63,519 bases of DNA from NCBI GenBank assembly GCA_937871295.1, contig CALMRE010000159.1, forward strand, positions 1 through 63,519, given 5' to 3'. Below are positions 18,427-27,184 of this stretch, piece by piece. Positions within the stretch are counted from its first letter, which is position 1, and every line of letters begins with the position of its first letter. Under the pieces are notes generated by a model that worked only from the letters and a program-made list of their open reading frames with translations, was not told where the DNA came from and ran no database searches. Source of the DNA: an uncultured bacterium. Lineage in GTDB: Bacteria; UBP6; UBA1177; JAKLFG01. The position numbers and the translations under genes are program-made.

Positions 18427-19767
18427 TCAGAACCCCTCTTCCGCCGTTTCGTCTATCGGAGCGAATTTCGTATAATGTGATATGAATTTGAGTTTCACAT
18501 CGCCCATCTGACCGTTGCGATTCTTGCGGACGAGGATGGATGCGATATCGCGCTCACGCGCCTCTTTGGACATATCGCGGTGGATGAACATGACCACGTC
18601 GGCGTCCTGTTCGATGGCGCCGCTGTCGCGCAGATCGGAGAGCATGGGGATGCCGTCCTTGCGGTCCTCGGCCTTGCGGCTGAGCTGGGCGAGGGTAATG
18701 ACCGGGATACCGATATCCTTGGCGAAAAGTTTGATGTTGCGCGATATATGTTCGACCTCGCGGACCCGGTCGTCGGGGTAGGCCGAATCGCGCATGAGCT
18801 GGATATAATCGATGAATACGGCGTCCAGACGGCCCGCCTCGACCAGTATCTTCTTCGCCTTCGAGCGGATATCGGCGATGGTCAGATAGGACGATTCGTC
18901 GATATAGAACGGGAGGGCGCTCAGGGTGTCGACCTGCTGCCAGAGCCGGTTGTATTCGTCCGGTTCGAGCCGCCCGGTGGTGAAGTTCTTGGCGTTGATG
19001 AGGCATTCCTGCGAGAAGATGCGGCGAACCAGTTGCGTGGCCGGCATTTCGATGGTGAAAAAGAGGATGGTCGCCCCTTTCTTCGCCATTTCGACCGCCA
19101 TGTTGAGCGCGAAACTGGTCTTCCCCATGCCGGGACGCCCCGCAACGACCACCATCTCGCCCGGCTTGAAGCCGGTGGTGAGGCCGTCGAGGCTGTCATA
19201 ACCGGAGGTAAGCCCCTGCAGTGCCAGATCCTGCTCGATGCGCTCTTTCAGGCTGTCTATCTCGCTGGTGATGACATCCTTAATGCGGACCACCGACCGG
19301 GTGTTGCGCCGGATGCTCAATTGAATGAGTTCGTTGGTCGTTTCATTGACGATATCGTCGAATTCCGATTCCTGCCGGTAGGAAAGGGCGGCGTTCTCTT
19401 CGCATACCTTGATGAACTGACGGTGGAGCGACTTATCGGCGACGATCCCGGCGTGATCCTTGAGCGCCGCCTCGGAGGTGAACTGCGCCGCCTCCAGAAG
19501 TTCGGTCAGGTAGACCGAACCGCCGACAAAATCAAGTTCTCCGCGCTTCTTGAGTTCTTCGCTGACCGTGACCATGTCGGGGGTCCGGCCGGAATGGTAC
19601 AATTCCTGTATCGCGCGGAATATGTTCTGATGCCGGATCTCCCAGAAATCGGTCGGGACCAGCCCCTGTTCCTCAACGGTGCCGTACAGCGCCCCTTTGA
19701 GCAGAAGGCATCCCAGAAGAGATGACTCCGCATCGAGATTATGGGGCAGTGTGACCAGTTGTCTCAT
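18427..19767 (-). CDS. dnaB: Replicative DNA helicase DnaB
   Basis: LPHNLDAESSLLGCLL N-terminal motif. Walker A GRPGMGKTSFALNMA. Synteny with rplI (4-nt overlap). Confidence 0.95.
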   Translation of the reverse strand: MRQLVTLPHNLDAESSLLGCLLLKGALYGTVEEQGLVPTDFWEIRHQNIFRAIQELYHSGRTPDMVTVSEELKKRGELDFVGGSVYLTELLEAAQFTSEAALKDHAGIVADKSLHRQFIKVCEENAALSYRQESEFDDIVNETTNELIQLSIRRNTRSVVRIKDVITSEIDSLKERIEQDLALQGLTSGYDSLDGLTTGFKPGEMVVVAGRPGMGKTSFALNMAVEMAKKGATILFFTIEMPATQLVRRIFSQECLINAKNFTTGRLEPDEYNRLWQQVDTLSALPFYIDESSYLTIADIRSKAKKILVEAGRLDAVFIDYIQLMRDSAYPDDRVREVEHISRNIKLFAKDIGIPVITLAQLSRKAEDRKDGIPMLSDLRDSGAIEQDADVVMFIHRDMSKEARERDIASILVRKNRNGQMGDVKLKFISHYTKFAPIDETAEEGF

Positions 19768-20237
19768 TCGGTCGCCGGCGGCGGGGTCTCCTCTTCGAGC
19801 GCCACGACCCAGAGCTTGACCTTGCCCTTGAGTTCGCGGAACAGTTTGACCTCCACCTCATACACGCCGCTCTTCTTGATGGGCCCGTCGAGCAGGATGT
19901 GCCGGTGATCTACCTCGAAACCCTTCTCCTTGATGGCGTCGGCTATCTCGCGGGTGGTCACCGAACCGAAGAGTTTGCCCTCTTCGCCGACCTTCTTGGC
20001 GATACTGATGTCGATGGCGCCGATCTTCTCGGCCAGTTCGCGCGCCTTGCCGTATTCGCCGTCGATCTGCTTCTGGATGAGGCGGCGGTTGAATTCGAGT
20101 TCCTTCACATTCTTCTCGTTGGCGGGCATGGCGAACCCTTTCGGGATGAGGAAGTTGCGGGCGTAGCCGTCCTTCACTTTCACGATCTCGCCGGCGCCGC
20201 CGACCTTGTCGATGTCCTTGGTAAGTATGATCTTCAT
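19764..20237 (-). CDS. rplI: 50S ribosomal protein L9
   Basis: MKIILTKDIDKVGGAGEIVKVKDGYARNFLIPKGFA. Confidence 0.93.
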   Translation of the reverse strand: MKIILTKDIDKVGGAGEIVKVKDGYARNFLIPKGFAMPANEKNVKELEFNRRLIQKQIDGEYGKARELAEKIGAIDISIAKKVGEEGKLFGSVTTREIADAIKEKGFEVDHRHILLDGPIKKSGVYEVEVKLFRELKGKVKLWVVALEEETPPPATE

Positions 20238-20246
20238 GGCGTCCTC

Positions 20247-20471
20247 CTATCGACCGGTCACGGTGTAGGGAAGGAGCGCGATGGTGCGCGCCTTCTTGAT
20301 CTCGCAGGCCAGATCGCGCTGATGCTTCGCGCAGATGCCGCTGATGCGGCGCGGGATTATCTTGCCGCGTTCGGTGATATAATTCAGGAGCACCTCGGGG
20401 TGCTTGTAGTCGAGCGGTATCTCGGTGTTGGCGCAGAAGCGGCAGACCTTTCTTTTTCTGTAGACCGTCAT
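20247..20471 (-). CDS. rpsR: 30S ribosomal protein S18
   Basis: CRFC..LDYK....[22 protein letters not shown] motif string. Confidence 0.93.
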   Translation of the reverse strand: MTVYRKRKVCRFCANTEIPLDYKHPEVLLNYITERGKIIPRRISGICAKHQRDLACEIKKARTIALLPYTVTGR

Positions 20472-20486
20472 ATTCTTCTCCCTTGT

Positions 20487-21005
20487 TTACAGTTCGACAT
20501 TCTCTTCATCGACATCCTTCGACTTGGTGAGGGATGCCTGAAGTTTGGTGTTGTACTCGCGGTTGTCGTCGGCCGAGGTGGTGACCGGTTCGGCCGCGGC
20601 TATCGGAGCCATCGTCCGTTCGGGACGGTCGTCGCGCGGCTTCCATTCCTGTATCCGGTCCGCCATCACCGCGACACCCTTGGCGTTCGCCTTGAGTTCC
20701 TCCAGATTCACCTCTTTGTCGATGCGGCACGACATGAACTTGAGGACATGTTCCCAGTTGTTGAAGTTACGCTCGAGTTCCGCAACGACCGCGCCGGTGC
20801 CCACATAGTCGAAATAGACATAGTGGCCCTTCATGTTCTTGCTGATCTCGTAGGCGAGCTTCTTTTCGCCCCAGGACTGGAGCGATACGATCTTGCCGCT
20901 CATCGTCTCAACGATGCCGTTGATCCGTTCGGCGAACTGTCTGACCGACTCCATGCCGCCTTCGGGCTTAAGGATGACGGTAGACTCGAAATACTTCTCT
21001 TTCAT
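20487..21005 (-). CDS. rpsF: 30S ribosomal protein S6 (with acidic C-terminal extension)
   Basis: YESTVILKPE.. S6 N-terminus. SD GAGGAGGAG upstream of ATG 21005. Heads the rpsF-rpsR-rplI-dnaB gene string. Confidence 0.88.
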   Translation of the reverse strand: MKEKYFESTVILKPEGGMESVRQFAERINGIVETMSGKIVSLQSWGEKKLAYEISKNMKGHYVYFDYVGTGAVVAELERNFNNWEHVLKFMSCRIDKEVNLEELKANAKGVAVMADRIQEWKPRDDRPERTMAPIAAAEPVTTSADDNREYNTKLQASLTKSKDVDEENVEL

Positions 21006-21092
21006 GACTCCTCCTCATGGGTGTAAAGTCCAATTACTTCAATTGAACAAGGGGAGAACTTCTCCAGCGTTCAATGAACAAACGAGGCTTGG
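21006..21092 (-). promoter_or_regulatory. rpsF 5' leader with nested hairpin (candidate S6:S18 autoregulatory leader)
   Basis: About 85-nt leader between the promoter and ATG. Nested inverted repeat TTGAAC (21043-48) with GTTCAA (21069-74), enclosing GGAGAA (21053-58) with TTCTCC (21060-65). Confidence 0.3.
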
Positions 21093-21120
21093 ATTATAGT
21101 AAGGAAATGCCCGTTGGCAA
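21093..21120 (-). promoter_or_regulatory. Strong sigma70-like promoter of the rpsF operon
   Basis: On the minus strand: TTGCCA (21120-21115), 16 nt, TATAAT (21098-21093). Confidence 0.55.
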
Positions 21121-21167
21121 GATTTTTTTAGGATCACGGCGTTTCGGCCGATCCCGGAATGCGTTCG

Positions 21168-22247
21168 CTACATCCCCCAGACCGAGCGGATGCGTGACAG
21201 GAGATGGTTGAAGGCGGCATCCTGATCGGTGAACTTCTGCACGAGCGCCCCTTTCTCGAAATAGAGCGCCGACCCGTTGCCGAGCGCCACGCCCAGATCG
21301 GCCTCCTTCGCCTCGCCGGGGCCGTTGACCTCGCACCCCATGAGGGCGACGGTGAGGCGCGGTTTCAGCCACCAGCGCGCTTCGTCGAAGAATTTTTCGA
21401 GTTTATCGTGATAACTGAAAAGCGTTCCGTGGGTCCGGCCGCAGGTGGGACAGGATACGATCTCGCCGCCCGCCGTGAGCAGTCCGCACGCCTTGAGGAT
21501 GTGCATGCCCGTCACGATCTCGTCCTCCACCGGTCCGGTGAGGCTCACGCGGAAGGTATCGGCGAGCCCTTCGTGGAACAGTATCGCGATACCGGCCGCC
21601 GATTTGATGCGTCCGCCGAAGCCGCCGCCCGCCTCGGTGATGCCGACATGGAACGGCGCGTCGGTGAACTGCGCGAGCGCTTGGCACGCCGCCACCGTTT
21701 CGGGAACGGAGTGCGATTTGACCGACAGCTTGAAGTTATAGTACTTGAGGTCCTGTTCAAGATACTCGACCCAGCGCCGCGTGCTCTCGACCAGCGCATC
21801 GGCCGTGGGCCCGCCGTGTTTCTCAAGGATATCCTTTTCGAGCGAACCGGCGTTGACGCCGATGCGGAGCGCCAGATCGGGCCGTGTGCGGGCCGCCTCG
21901 ACGATGAGTTTCACCCGCTCTTTGCCGCCGATATTGCCCGGATTGAAGCGGACGCCCGCGACACCCGCCGCGATGGCGGCCAGCGCGAGCCGGTGATCGA
22001 AATGTATGTCGGCGATAAGGTCGCCGCGAAAATCTTTGGCCAGTTGTCCGAGCCCCAACAGTTCGGCCTCGCACCGCACCGCCGTGCGGACGATGCGGCA
22101 GCCCATCGCGAGGACCCGGTCCGCTTCGGCGAGCGCCGCATCAGCGTCGACAAGCGGAGTGGTGAGCATCGTCTGGATGACCGGCATCCGGCCGCCGCCG
22201 ATGAGGCTCTCTCCCAGCCGTATCTCGCGGCTCATGCGCCGTTTCAT
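21168..22247 (-). CDS. ispG: 4-hydroxy-3-methylbut-2-en-1-yl diphosphate synthase (IspG/GcpE)
   Basis: VSCPTCGRT and MGCEVNGPGEAKEADLG Fe-S motifs. VIQTMLTTP N-terminal block. ATGA overlap with the dxs stop. Confidence 0.93.
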   Translation of the reverse strand: MKRRMSREIRLGESLIGGGRMPVIQTMLTTPLVDADAALAEADRVLAMGCRIVRTAVRCEAELLGLGQLAKDFRGDLIADIHFDHRLALAAIAAGVAGVRFNPGNIGGKERVKLIVEAARTRPDLALRIGVNAGSLEKDILEKHGGPTADALVESTRRWVEYLEQDLKYYNFKLSVKSHSVPETVAACQALAQFTDAPFHVGITEAGGGFGGRIKSAAGIAILFHEGLADTFRVSLTGPVEDEIVTGMHILKACGLLTAGGEIVSCPTCGRTHGTLFSYHDKLEKFFDEARWWLKPRLTVALMGCEVNGPGEAKEADLGVALGNGSALYFEKGALVQKFTDQDAAFNHLLSRIRSVWGM

Positions 22248-24094
22248 TTCGCGAGCCTCCGTACCGCCGCTGCGAAGGCCGAAGCGCCGACGCCGAATTT
22301 CTCGCGCAGTTCAGCCTGCGTGCCGTGCGGGATGAATTTATCGGGAAGGCCGAGCAGTTCGGTCCGTAGCGTGAGATGCCGCCGCGACAATTCTTCGAGT
22401 ATCGCGCTCCCGGCGCCCCCCGCCACCGCGTTCTCCTCGATGACGACGAGCTTCTTTATCTTGCGCTTCTTGATGAGGTCGAACAGCTCCTCGGGGAGCG
22501 GCTTGATGTAGCGCAGGTCGTATATCGAGTAGGTGATCCCCTCTTTTTTGAGCGCCGCAAGTTGGCCGAGCGCATGGTGGTCGCCCAGCCCCACCGTCAC
22601 CGCGAGTATGTCGCCGGCGGCGTCATGGAGCAGTTCTCCCTGCGCATACGGAAGCGGTTCTATCCGGCGGTTGAAGGCGGCGCCGGTGCCGCTGCCGCGC
22701 GGATAGCGTATCGCGAACGGTCCGTCGCTCTTCAGCGCCCTCTCGATGGCCCCCATCAGTTCCGGCTCACTGCGCGGCGCGACGATGGTCATATTGGGAA
22801 TGGAGCGGAGGAACGAGACATCGAACACGCCGTGGTGCGTCGCGCCGTCCTCGCCCACCAGTCCGCCGCGGTCGATGAGGAGCACCACCGGCAGATTCTG
22901 CAGGGCGACATCGTGGACCACCGAATCGAAAGCGCGCTGGAGGAAGGACGAGTAGAGAAGCACCAGCGGGCGCCGTCCTTCGGCCGCGAGCCCCGCCGCG
23001 AAGGTGACCGCATGTCCTTCCGACATCCCGACATCGTAGACCCGGTCCGGCAATTCCTTCTGAAGTTGCGTGAGTCCGGTGCCGTCGGGCATCGCCGCGG
23101 TAATGGCGACCAAGCGTTCATCGCGCCGGAAGAGGTGCGGCAGATACTGGCCGAGGTAGTCGGTGAAACCCGATTTGGAACTCTTGTAGGGTTTGCCGGT
23201 CGCGCGGTCGAACGGCCCGATGCCGTGGAAGAGGCGCGGGTTCTCCTCGGCTGGCGCGTAACCTTTCCCTTTTTTGGTATGAACATGGAGCAGTATCGGT
23301 TCGCCGTTGGGCTTGAGGTCTTCAAGCGTCTCGATGAGTTCCGTAAGATTGTGGCCGTCTATCGGGCCGACATACTGAAAGCCGAACCCCTCGAAAAGTA
23401 TGCCGGGGGTGAGAAGCGATTTGGACGATTCGAGCGCCTTGCGGATGATCTCGATGATCCGTTCACCGCGGAAGAACGGGGGTAGATGGGTCAGCAGGTT
23501 CTTCACCTCGTTCCGCATCCCGGCGTAGGCGTGGCCGGTCAGTTTGCGCGAGAACCAGCGCGACAGTCCGCCGACCGAGGTGGCGATGAACATATCGTTG
23601 TCGTTGAGTATCGTCAGCACATTTTTCCCGAACGCTTCGGCGTTGTTCATCCCCTCGAAGGCGAGGCCGCTGGTCATCGATCCGTCGCCGATGACCGCGA
23701 TCACCTTGCCGTCGCCGCCCCGGGCGTAGAGCGCCTCCTTGATGCCGAGCGCCGCCGATATCGAAGTGCCGCCGTGGCCGGTGCCGAAGACATCGTAGGG
23801 CGATTCGCTCCGTTTCGGGAAGCCGCTGATGCCGCCGAAGGTGCGCAGGGTGTGGAACCGCGCCTTGCGGTCGGTCAGTATCTTGTGGGCGTAGGCCTGA
23901 TGGCCGACATCCCAGACGATCCGGTCGCGTTCGAGATCGAATACTTTAAGGAGCGCGAGCGTGAGTTCCACCGTCCCCAGCGAGGGGGCGAGGTGACCGC
24001 CGTTCTTGGCGCAGGTGTCGATAATGAGTTCGCGCGTCTCGGCCGCCAGCCGTTCCAATTCCTCGATCGAGGCGTTGCGGATATGTTCAAGCAT
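22244..24094 (-). CDS. dxs: 1-deoxy-D-xylulose-5-phosphate synthase
   Basis: GGHLAPSLGTVELTLAL, DVGHQAYAHKILT, GDGSMTSGLAFEGMNNA. ATG 24094 is preceded by GGAGGAGGGA. The ORF-track start 24376 is a spurious extension that overlaps the next gene. Confidence 0.93.
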   Translation of the reverse strand: MLEHIRNASIEELERLAAETRELIIDTCAKNGGHLAPSLGTVELTLALLKVFDLERDRIVWDVGHQAYAHKILTDRKARFHTLRTFGGISGFPKRSESPYDVFGTGHGGTSISAALGIKEALYARGGDGKVIAVIGDGSMTSGLAFEGMNNAEAFGKNVLTILNDNDMFIATSVGGLSRWFSRKLTGHAYAGMRNEVKNLLTHLPPFFRGERIIEIIRKALESSKSLLTPGILFEGFGFQYVGPIDGHNLTELIETLEDLKPNGEPILLHVHTKKGKGYAPAEENPRLFHGIGPFDRATGKPYKSSKSGFTDYLGQYLPHLFRRDERLVAITAAMPDGTGLTQLQKELPDRVYDVGMSEGHAVTFAAGLAAEGRRPLVLLYSSFLQRAFDSVVHDVALQNLPVVLLIDRGGLVGEDGATHHGVFDVSFLRSIPNMTIVAPRSEPELMGAIERALKSDGPFAIRYPRGSGTGAAFNRRIEPLPYAQGELLHDAAGDILAVTVGLGDHHALGQLAALKKEGITYSIYDLRYIKPLPEELFDLIKKRKIKKLVVIEENAVAGGAGSAILEELSRRHLTLRTELLGLPDKFIPHGTQAELREKFGVGASAFAAAVRRLAK

Positions 24095-24183
24095 AGAGTA
24101 TCCCTCCTCCAATGGCGGCTTCATCATAGCGATGAGACGGGCGTTGTCAATACAAAAAGGTGTGCGAAGCCGCACAGATAGCG

Positions 24184-24555
24184 TTATCGGGTAACGAGAC
24201 TGCGCGCCGTTTCGGGCAGACGGCCGAGATCCTCGACGATATGGCAGTTGCGGAACTGGGTGACATTGCCGGGATGGACCGAGGTATTCTCGGTGTTGTA
24301 GAGGACCATCGGCGTTCCGGCGAGCGCCTCGGTGCCGTTTATCGCGCCGCAGAACTGGCCGGTGTGGAACCAGCACACCGAAGAATTGAGCACGATGATA
24401 TCGGGTTTTTCGGTGCAGAGCATCGAAAGCAGTTTGAAGGGAGAGGTGACCACGCGGACCGAGAATTCGTCCGACAGTTTCCCGCGGATCTCCTCCATGC
24501 GGCAGGTCGCCTCTTCGATGAGGACGACGCGCTTTTTATTCCTTTCCGAGTTCAT
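24184..24555 (-). CDS. CheY-like pseudo-receiver domain protein (phospho-acceptor Asp absent)
   Basis: Receiver-like alternation VVLIEE.. / DIIVLNSSV / PMVLYNT. EE replaces the acidic DD pair and Asn sits at the acceptor position. Compare the canonical receiver at 63283 (IVDDD, LLTDINMP). Confidence 0.55.
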   Translation of the reverse strand: MNSERNKKRVVLIEEATCRMEEIRGKLSDEFSVRVVTSPFKLLSMLCTEKPDIIVLNSSVCWFHTGQFCGAINGTEALAGTPMVLYNTENTSVHPGNVTQFRNCHIVEDLGRLPETARSLVTR

Positions 24556-24763
24556 CTTCCCGTTTCTCCGTTACGGCGCCGTTCTCGCCGAGCACCTGTA
24601 TCTTCTTCTCGGCCGCCGCGAGATAGTCACGGATCTCGGCCGCGAGCTTCATCCCCTTCTCGTAGAGCTTGACCGCCTCTTCGAGTTCACTGCCCGCCGA
24701 AAGTTTCTCGGCGATCTTCTCAAGCTCGGTGAATTTCGACGCGATCCCGCCCTTTTTTTCCAT
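24536..24763 (-). CDS. xseB: Exodeoxyribonuclease VII small subunit
   Basis: FTELEKIAEKLSAGSELEEAVKLYEKGMKLAAEIRDYL, 75 aa. Sits upstream of dxs as in the classical xseB-ispA-dxs operon. Confidence 0.85.
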   Translation of the reverse strand: MEKKGGIASKFTELEKIAEKLSAGSELEEAVKLYEKGMKLAAEIRDYLAAAEKKIQVLGENGAVTEKREDELGKE

Positions 24764-24787
24764 GGTTCCTCACCAAAAAGTAGAACG

Positions 24788-24815
24788 ATTGTAGCCTGCC
24801 GAAAGAAAAAGTCAA
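24788..24815 (-). promoter_or_regulatory. sigma70-like promoter of the xseB-dxs-ispG operon
   Basis: On the minus strand: TTGACT (24815-24810), 16 nt, TACAAT (24793-24788). SD GGTGAGGAA precedes ATG 24763. Confidence 0.55.
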
Positions 24816-24882
24816 GCATTACAATGAACTAAACCGCTTAAAAAACTGAATGTATCCCTTTTGAGCCCTCCGGGATAAAAAG

Positions 24883-24911
24883 TTGCGCGATGCCCCCGTT
24901 GTCGTTATGAT
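24883..24911 (+). promoter_or_regulatory. sigma70-like promoter of the CxxC gene
   Basis: TTGCGC (24883-88), 17 nt, TATGAT (24906-11). Divergent from the xseB promoter. Confidence 0.4.
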
Positions 24912-24943
24912 GCCACCGCCTTATGGCACGATGGAGAATGGCG

Positions 24944-25291
24944 ATGCCCAAGAAAGAGACCGATGTCCTCTGCAAGATACTCTGCACCCGCTGCGGCAAG
25001 GAGGGGTATGTCCCCTTCGTCGCCGACGGCTCGCGCAGTTATTACTGCGCCGACTGTCTTAAAGAATTCAACGCCGAAAAGAAGCGCGGTACCGTCAAGG
25101 AGGTCAAGGACCAGAAAGGGCGGTCGCGGTACGAGTTCATCTGCGATATTTGTCTGCGGATGAAACGATCCAGCGAACAGCCCAAGAAAAATCGCGGACA
25201 ACTCATGTGCGCCGAATGCGCCGAGAAAGAGAAGCGGACCCAGCGGACCGCCGGGCGCAAACGGATCGTGATAGCCAATAAAGAGGACTAG
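24944..25291 (+). CDS. CxxC-x17-CxxC zinc-ribbon protein (two modules)
   Basis: CTRC-17 aa-CADC and CDIC-18 aa-CAEC, with a basic tail. SD GGAG 24933-36 favours ATG 24944 (alternatives 24923 and 24938). Confidence 0.65.
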   Translation: MPKKETDVLCKILCTRCGKEGYVPFVADGSRSYYCADCLKEFNAEKKRGTVKEVKDQKGRSRYEFICDICLRMKRSSEQPKKNRGQLMCAECAEKEKRTQRTAGRKRIVIANKED

Positions 25292-25626
25292 CGGACCTTG
25301 TGCGGCGGCACTTCGGACGGCAGTTCCATAGATAATTCAACAAGCCCTTTGAACACGCCGTTCTCGAACCACGGCGCCTGATAGATGAGCTTCTTGACGC
25401 CCTTTTTCTCTATCGTGTAGACATGGGGAGCCTTGCTCTCCATCATCGCGCGGATCATCTCCTGCGACGCCTGTTTATGACAATCGAACATGCTCTTGCC
25501 CACGAGCGGCGCGTTCTCGGGCGTCTCAAAGATGGCCCGCGCCTTGTCATTGAGATAGAGCAGGATCCCCTTGTCGTCGCTGACGGTCACCGCCGCGCCG
25601 AACTCTTTGAAAAAATCGGGCATCAT
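25288..25626 (-). CDS. Small stand-alone PAS-fold protein
   Basis: 112 aa. AAVTVSDDKGILLYLNDKARAIF...GKSMFDCH....I..M.....HVYTIEKKG PAS-like pattern. Lies 4 nt downstream of thyX. Confidence 0.55.
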   Translation of the reverse strand: MMPDFFKEFGAAVTVSDDKGILLYLNDKARAIFETPENAPLVGKSMFDCHKQASQEMIRAMMESKAPHVYTIEKKGVKKLIYQAPWFENGVFKGLVELSMELPSEVPPHKVR

Positions 25627-25630
25627 GGCA

Positions 25631-27103
25631 TTACTCCGTTCCGTATATTTCGGTGCGTCGCGCGTCGAAGTCGCTTTTGCCGCACAGCATCATCATGGTG
25701 AGCGGGGCGATCTTTTCGACCGCAACGCGCATCAGCCGCGAGGTCTCGCGGATGTCCCACTGGGCGTGTTCATCTTCGCGCAGTGCGGCGAAATGGTAGA
25801 GTTCGCGGGCGTTGAGCCGCGTGAGGACCCGGCGCCGGTGGGCGTTGGTAAGGATATAGTCCTTTTCGTCGGGACAGTGTTCGGCGAGCATCGCGTAACA
25901 CTCTTCGCTCCGGCGGACCGCCGCGTGAAATTCCTTTTCCATTCCTATCTCGACGATGTTCGGCGGCACGGTGACGCCGAGCGTGAGATCGTAGCCCTGC
26001 ACGATCTGCGTGGTCATCCGGTGGCGCTTGAGCTGGGCGTAGTTGGTGGCGCTGACGGTCAGTTCGTAGAGGAACTCGATGGTCTCGAAGGTGCGGTCGG
26101 CGCGGTCCCAGCAGGAACGCTGTGACAACGCCGTACGGACGAGTTGCCGCCGCTGGCCGGGGTCCATCGCGGAAGCCGCCGCGTGCGCCGCCGCATAGTC
26201 GCCGCCGCCGTAGCGGAAGAGTATCGCCGCGCAGAGCGACATGTCGGGGCTGTCGGTGTGCGACAGAAGCCGCACGAGTTCGCCGCTCCCCGATGCCTGA
26301 CGCGGCAGGGCTTCCTGCGCGAGGACAGCGAGTTCTTCGACGCGGCCGGTATCGTAGGCGGTGGGATTCGCGTACTTGATGATGGAGGGGGAAAGCGCGG
26401 CCAGCGGCCGGTGCAATTCCTCGGCCAGCGCGCGCACCTCGCCCCGCCGGTCGGCGCGGAGCCGCCGCAGGAGATGTTCGAGTTCGCGGGCATTCATCGT
26501 CATCCCGAACTGGGTGGCGGTCGCGAGACTCACCACATAGCGGGCATCCTCTTTGGCCCAGCCGTCGACCGTCCGCTCGCCGTTCTTGGTGGCGACCACC
26601 CCGGCGTGTTTGCGGAACAGATGGTTTTTCAGGGCATCATAGAGTTTCTTATAGATCTCGTTCTGGAACTCGACGGTGGCGCGGAACTCCTTTTCAAGCC
26701 ACGCCGCGACGACACCGGGCGGCAGGATGAAGTCGCCGTCGAGGGTGATGTATCTCTGCGATTTCTCGGTATAGGCGGCGAGCCGGAACTGCTGGACCGC
26801 TTCGGCGGCGAGCCGTGAGACGCCGATGATGTCGAGGTTGAACAGGGCGTGTTCGGCGACCGACGCGTGGCCGAGCCCGAAGATGATCGACTCGTTGGAC
26901 TTCCGCGCCTTATCGGTCGCGGTGCGCGAATCGGCGCGCAGTTCCTCGATATCGCGGGGATCGCGCGAGATGCGGGCGTAGGCGGCCGAAAGCGTCTCGG
27001 GGGTCACATTGTCGGCCTCCCAGTGCGCTTTCTCCTTCAGTTCCCGCAGTATCTCGGCATCGACATTGTACCCGGCAAGGACCACCTTCATGAAGCACCC
27101 CAT
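25631..27103 (-). CDS. thyX: FAD-dependent thymidylate synthase ThyX, double-length (tandem ThyX-like halves)
   Basis: First half: GHASVAEHALF and ..YTEKSQRY. Second half: QLKRHRMTTQ (RHR). 490 aa versus roughly 220-250 aa for typical single-domain ThyX. Alternative start ATG 27091. Confidence 0.8.
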   Translation of the reverse strand: MGCFMKVVLAGYNVDAEILRELKEKAHWEADNVTPETLSAAYARISRDPRDIEELRADSRTATDKARKSNESIIFGLGHASVAEHALFNLDIIGVSRLAAEAVQQFRLAAYTEKSQRYITLDGDFILPPGVVAAWLEKEFRATVEFQNEIYKKLYDALKNHLFRKHAGVVATKNGERTVDGWAKEDARYVVSLATATQFGMTMNARELEHLLRRLRADRRGEVRALAEELHRPLAALSPSIIKYANPTAYDTGRVEELAVLAQEALPRQASGSGELVRLLSHTDSPDMSLCAAILFRYGGGDYAAAHAAASAMDPGQRRQLVRTALSQRSCWDRADRTFETIEFLYELTVSATNYAQLKRHRMTTQIVQGYDLTLGVTVPPNIVEIGMEKEFHAAVRRSEECYAMLAEHCPDEKDYILTNAHRRRVLTRLNARELYHFAALREDEHAQWDIRETSRLMRVAVEKIAPLTMMMLCGKSDFDARRTEIYGTE

Positions 27104-27184
27104 CTAAAGTCGGGCGATTATACCGCCCCCGATTCGTAAGGCAAGAAAGAGCTCAACAGGGTGTCCGCCGACCGTTCCCACATC

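Noticed and set aside
21131-21154. Hairpin GGATCACGGC..GGCCGATCC downstream of ispG, considered as a possible terminator.
   Set aside because: On the ispG (minus) strand the hairpin is followed by an A-run rather than a U-run. On the plus strand the T-run precedes it. It is not a canonical intrinsic terminator in either direction.
24095-24376. 94-codon N-terminal extension of the dxs ORF.
   Set aside because: DXS homology begins at MLEHIRN (ATG 24094, preceded by GGAGGAGGGA). The extension is Arg/Pro-rich and would overlap the pseudo-receiver gene.
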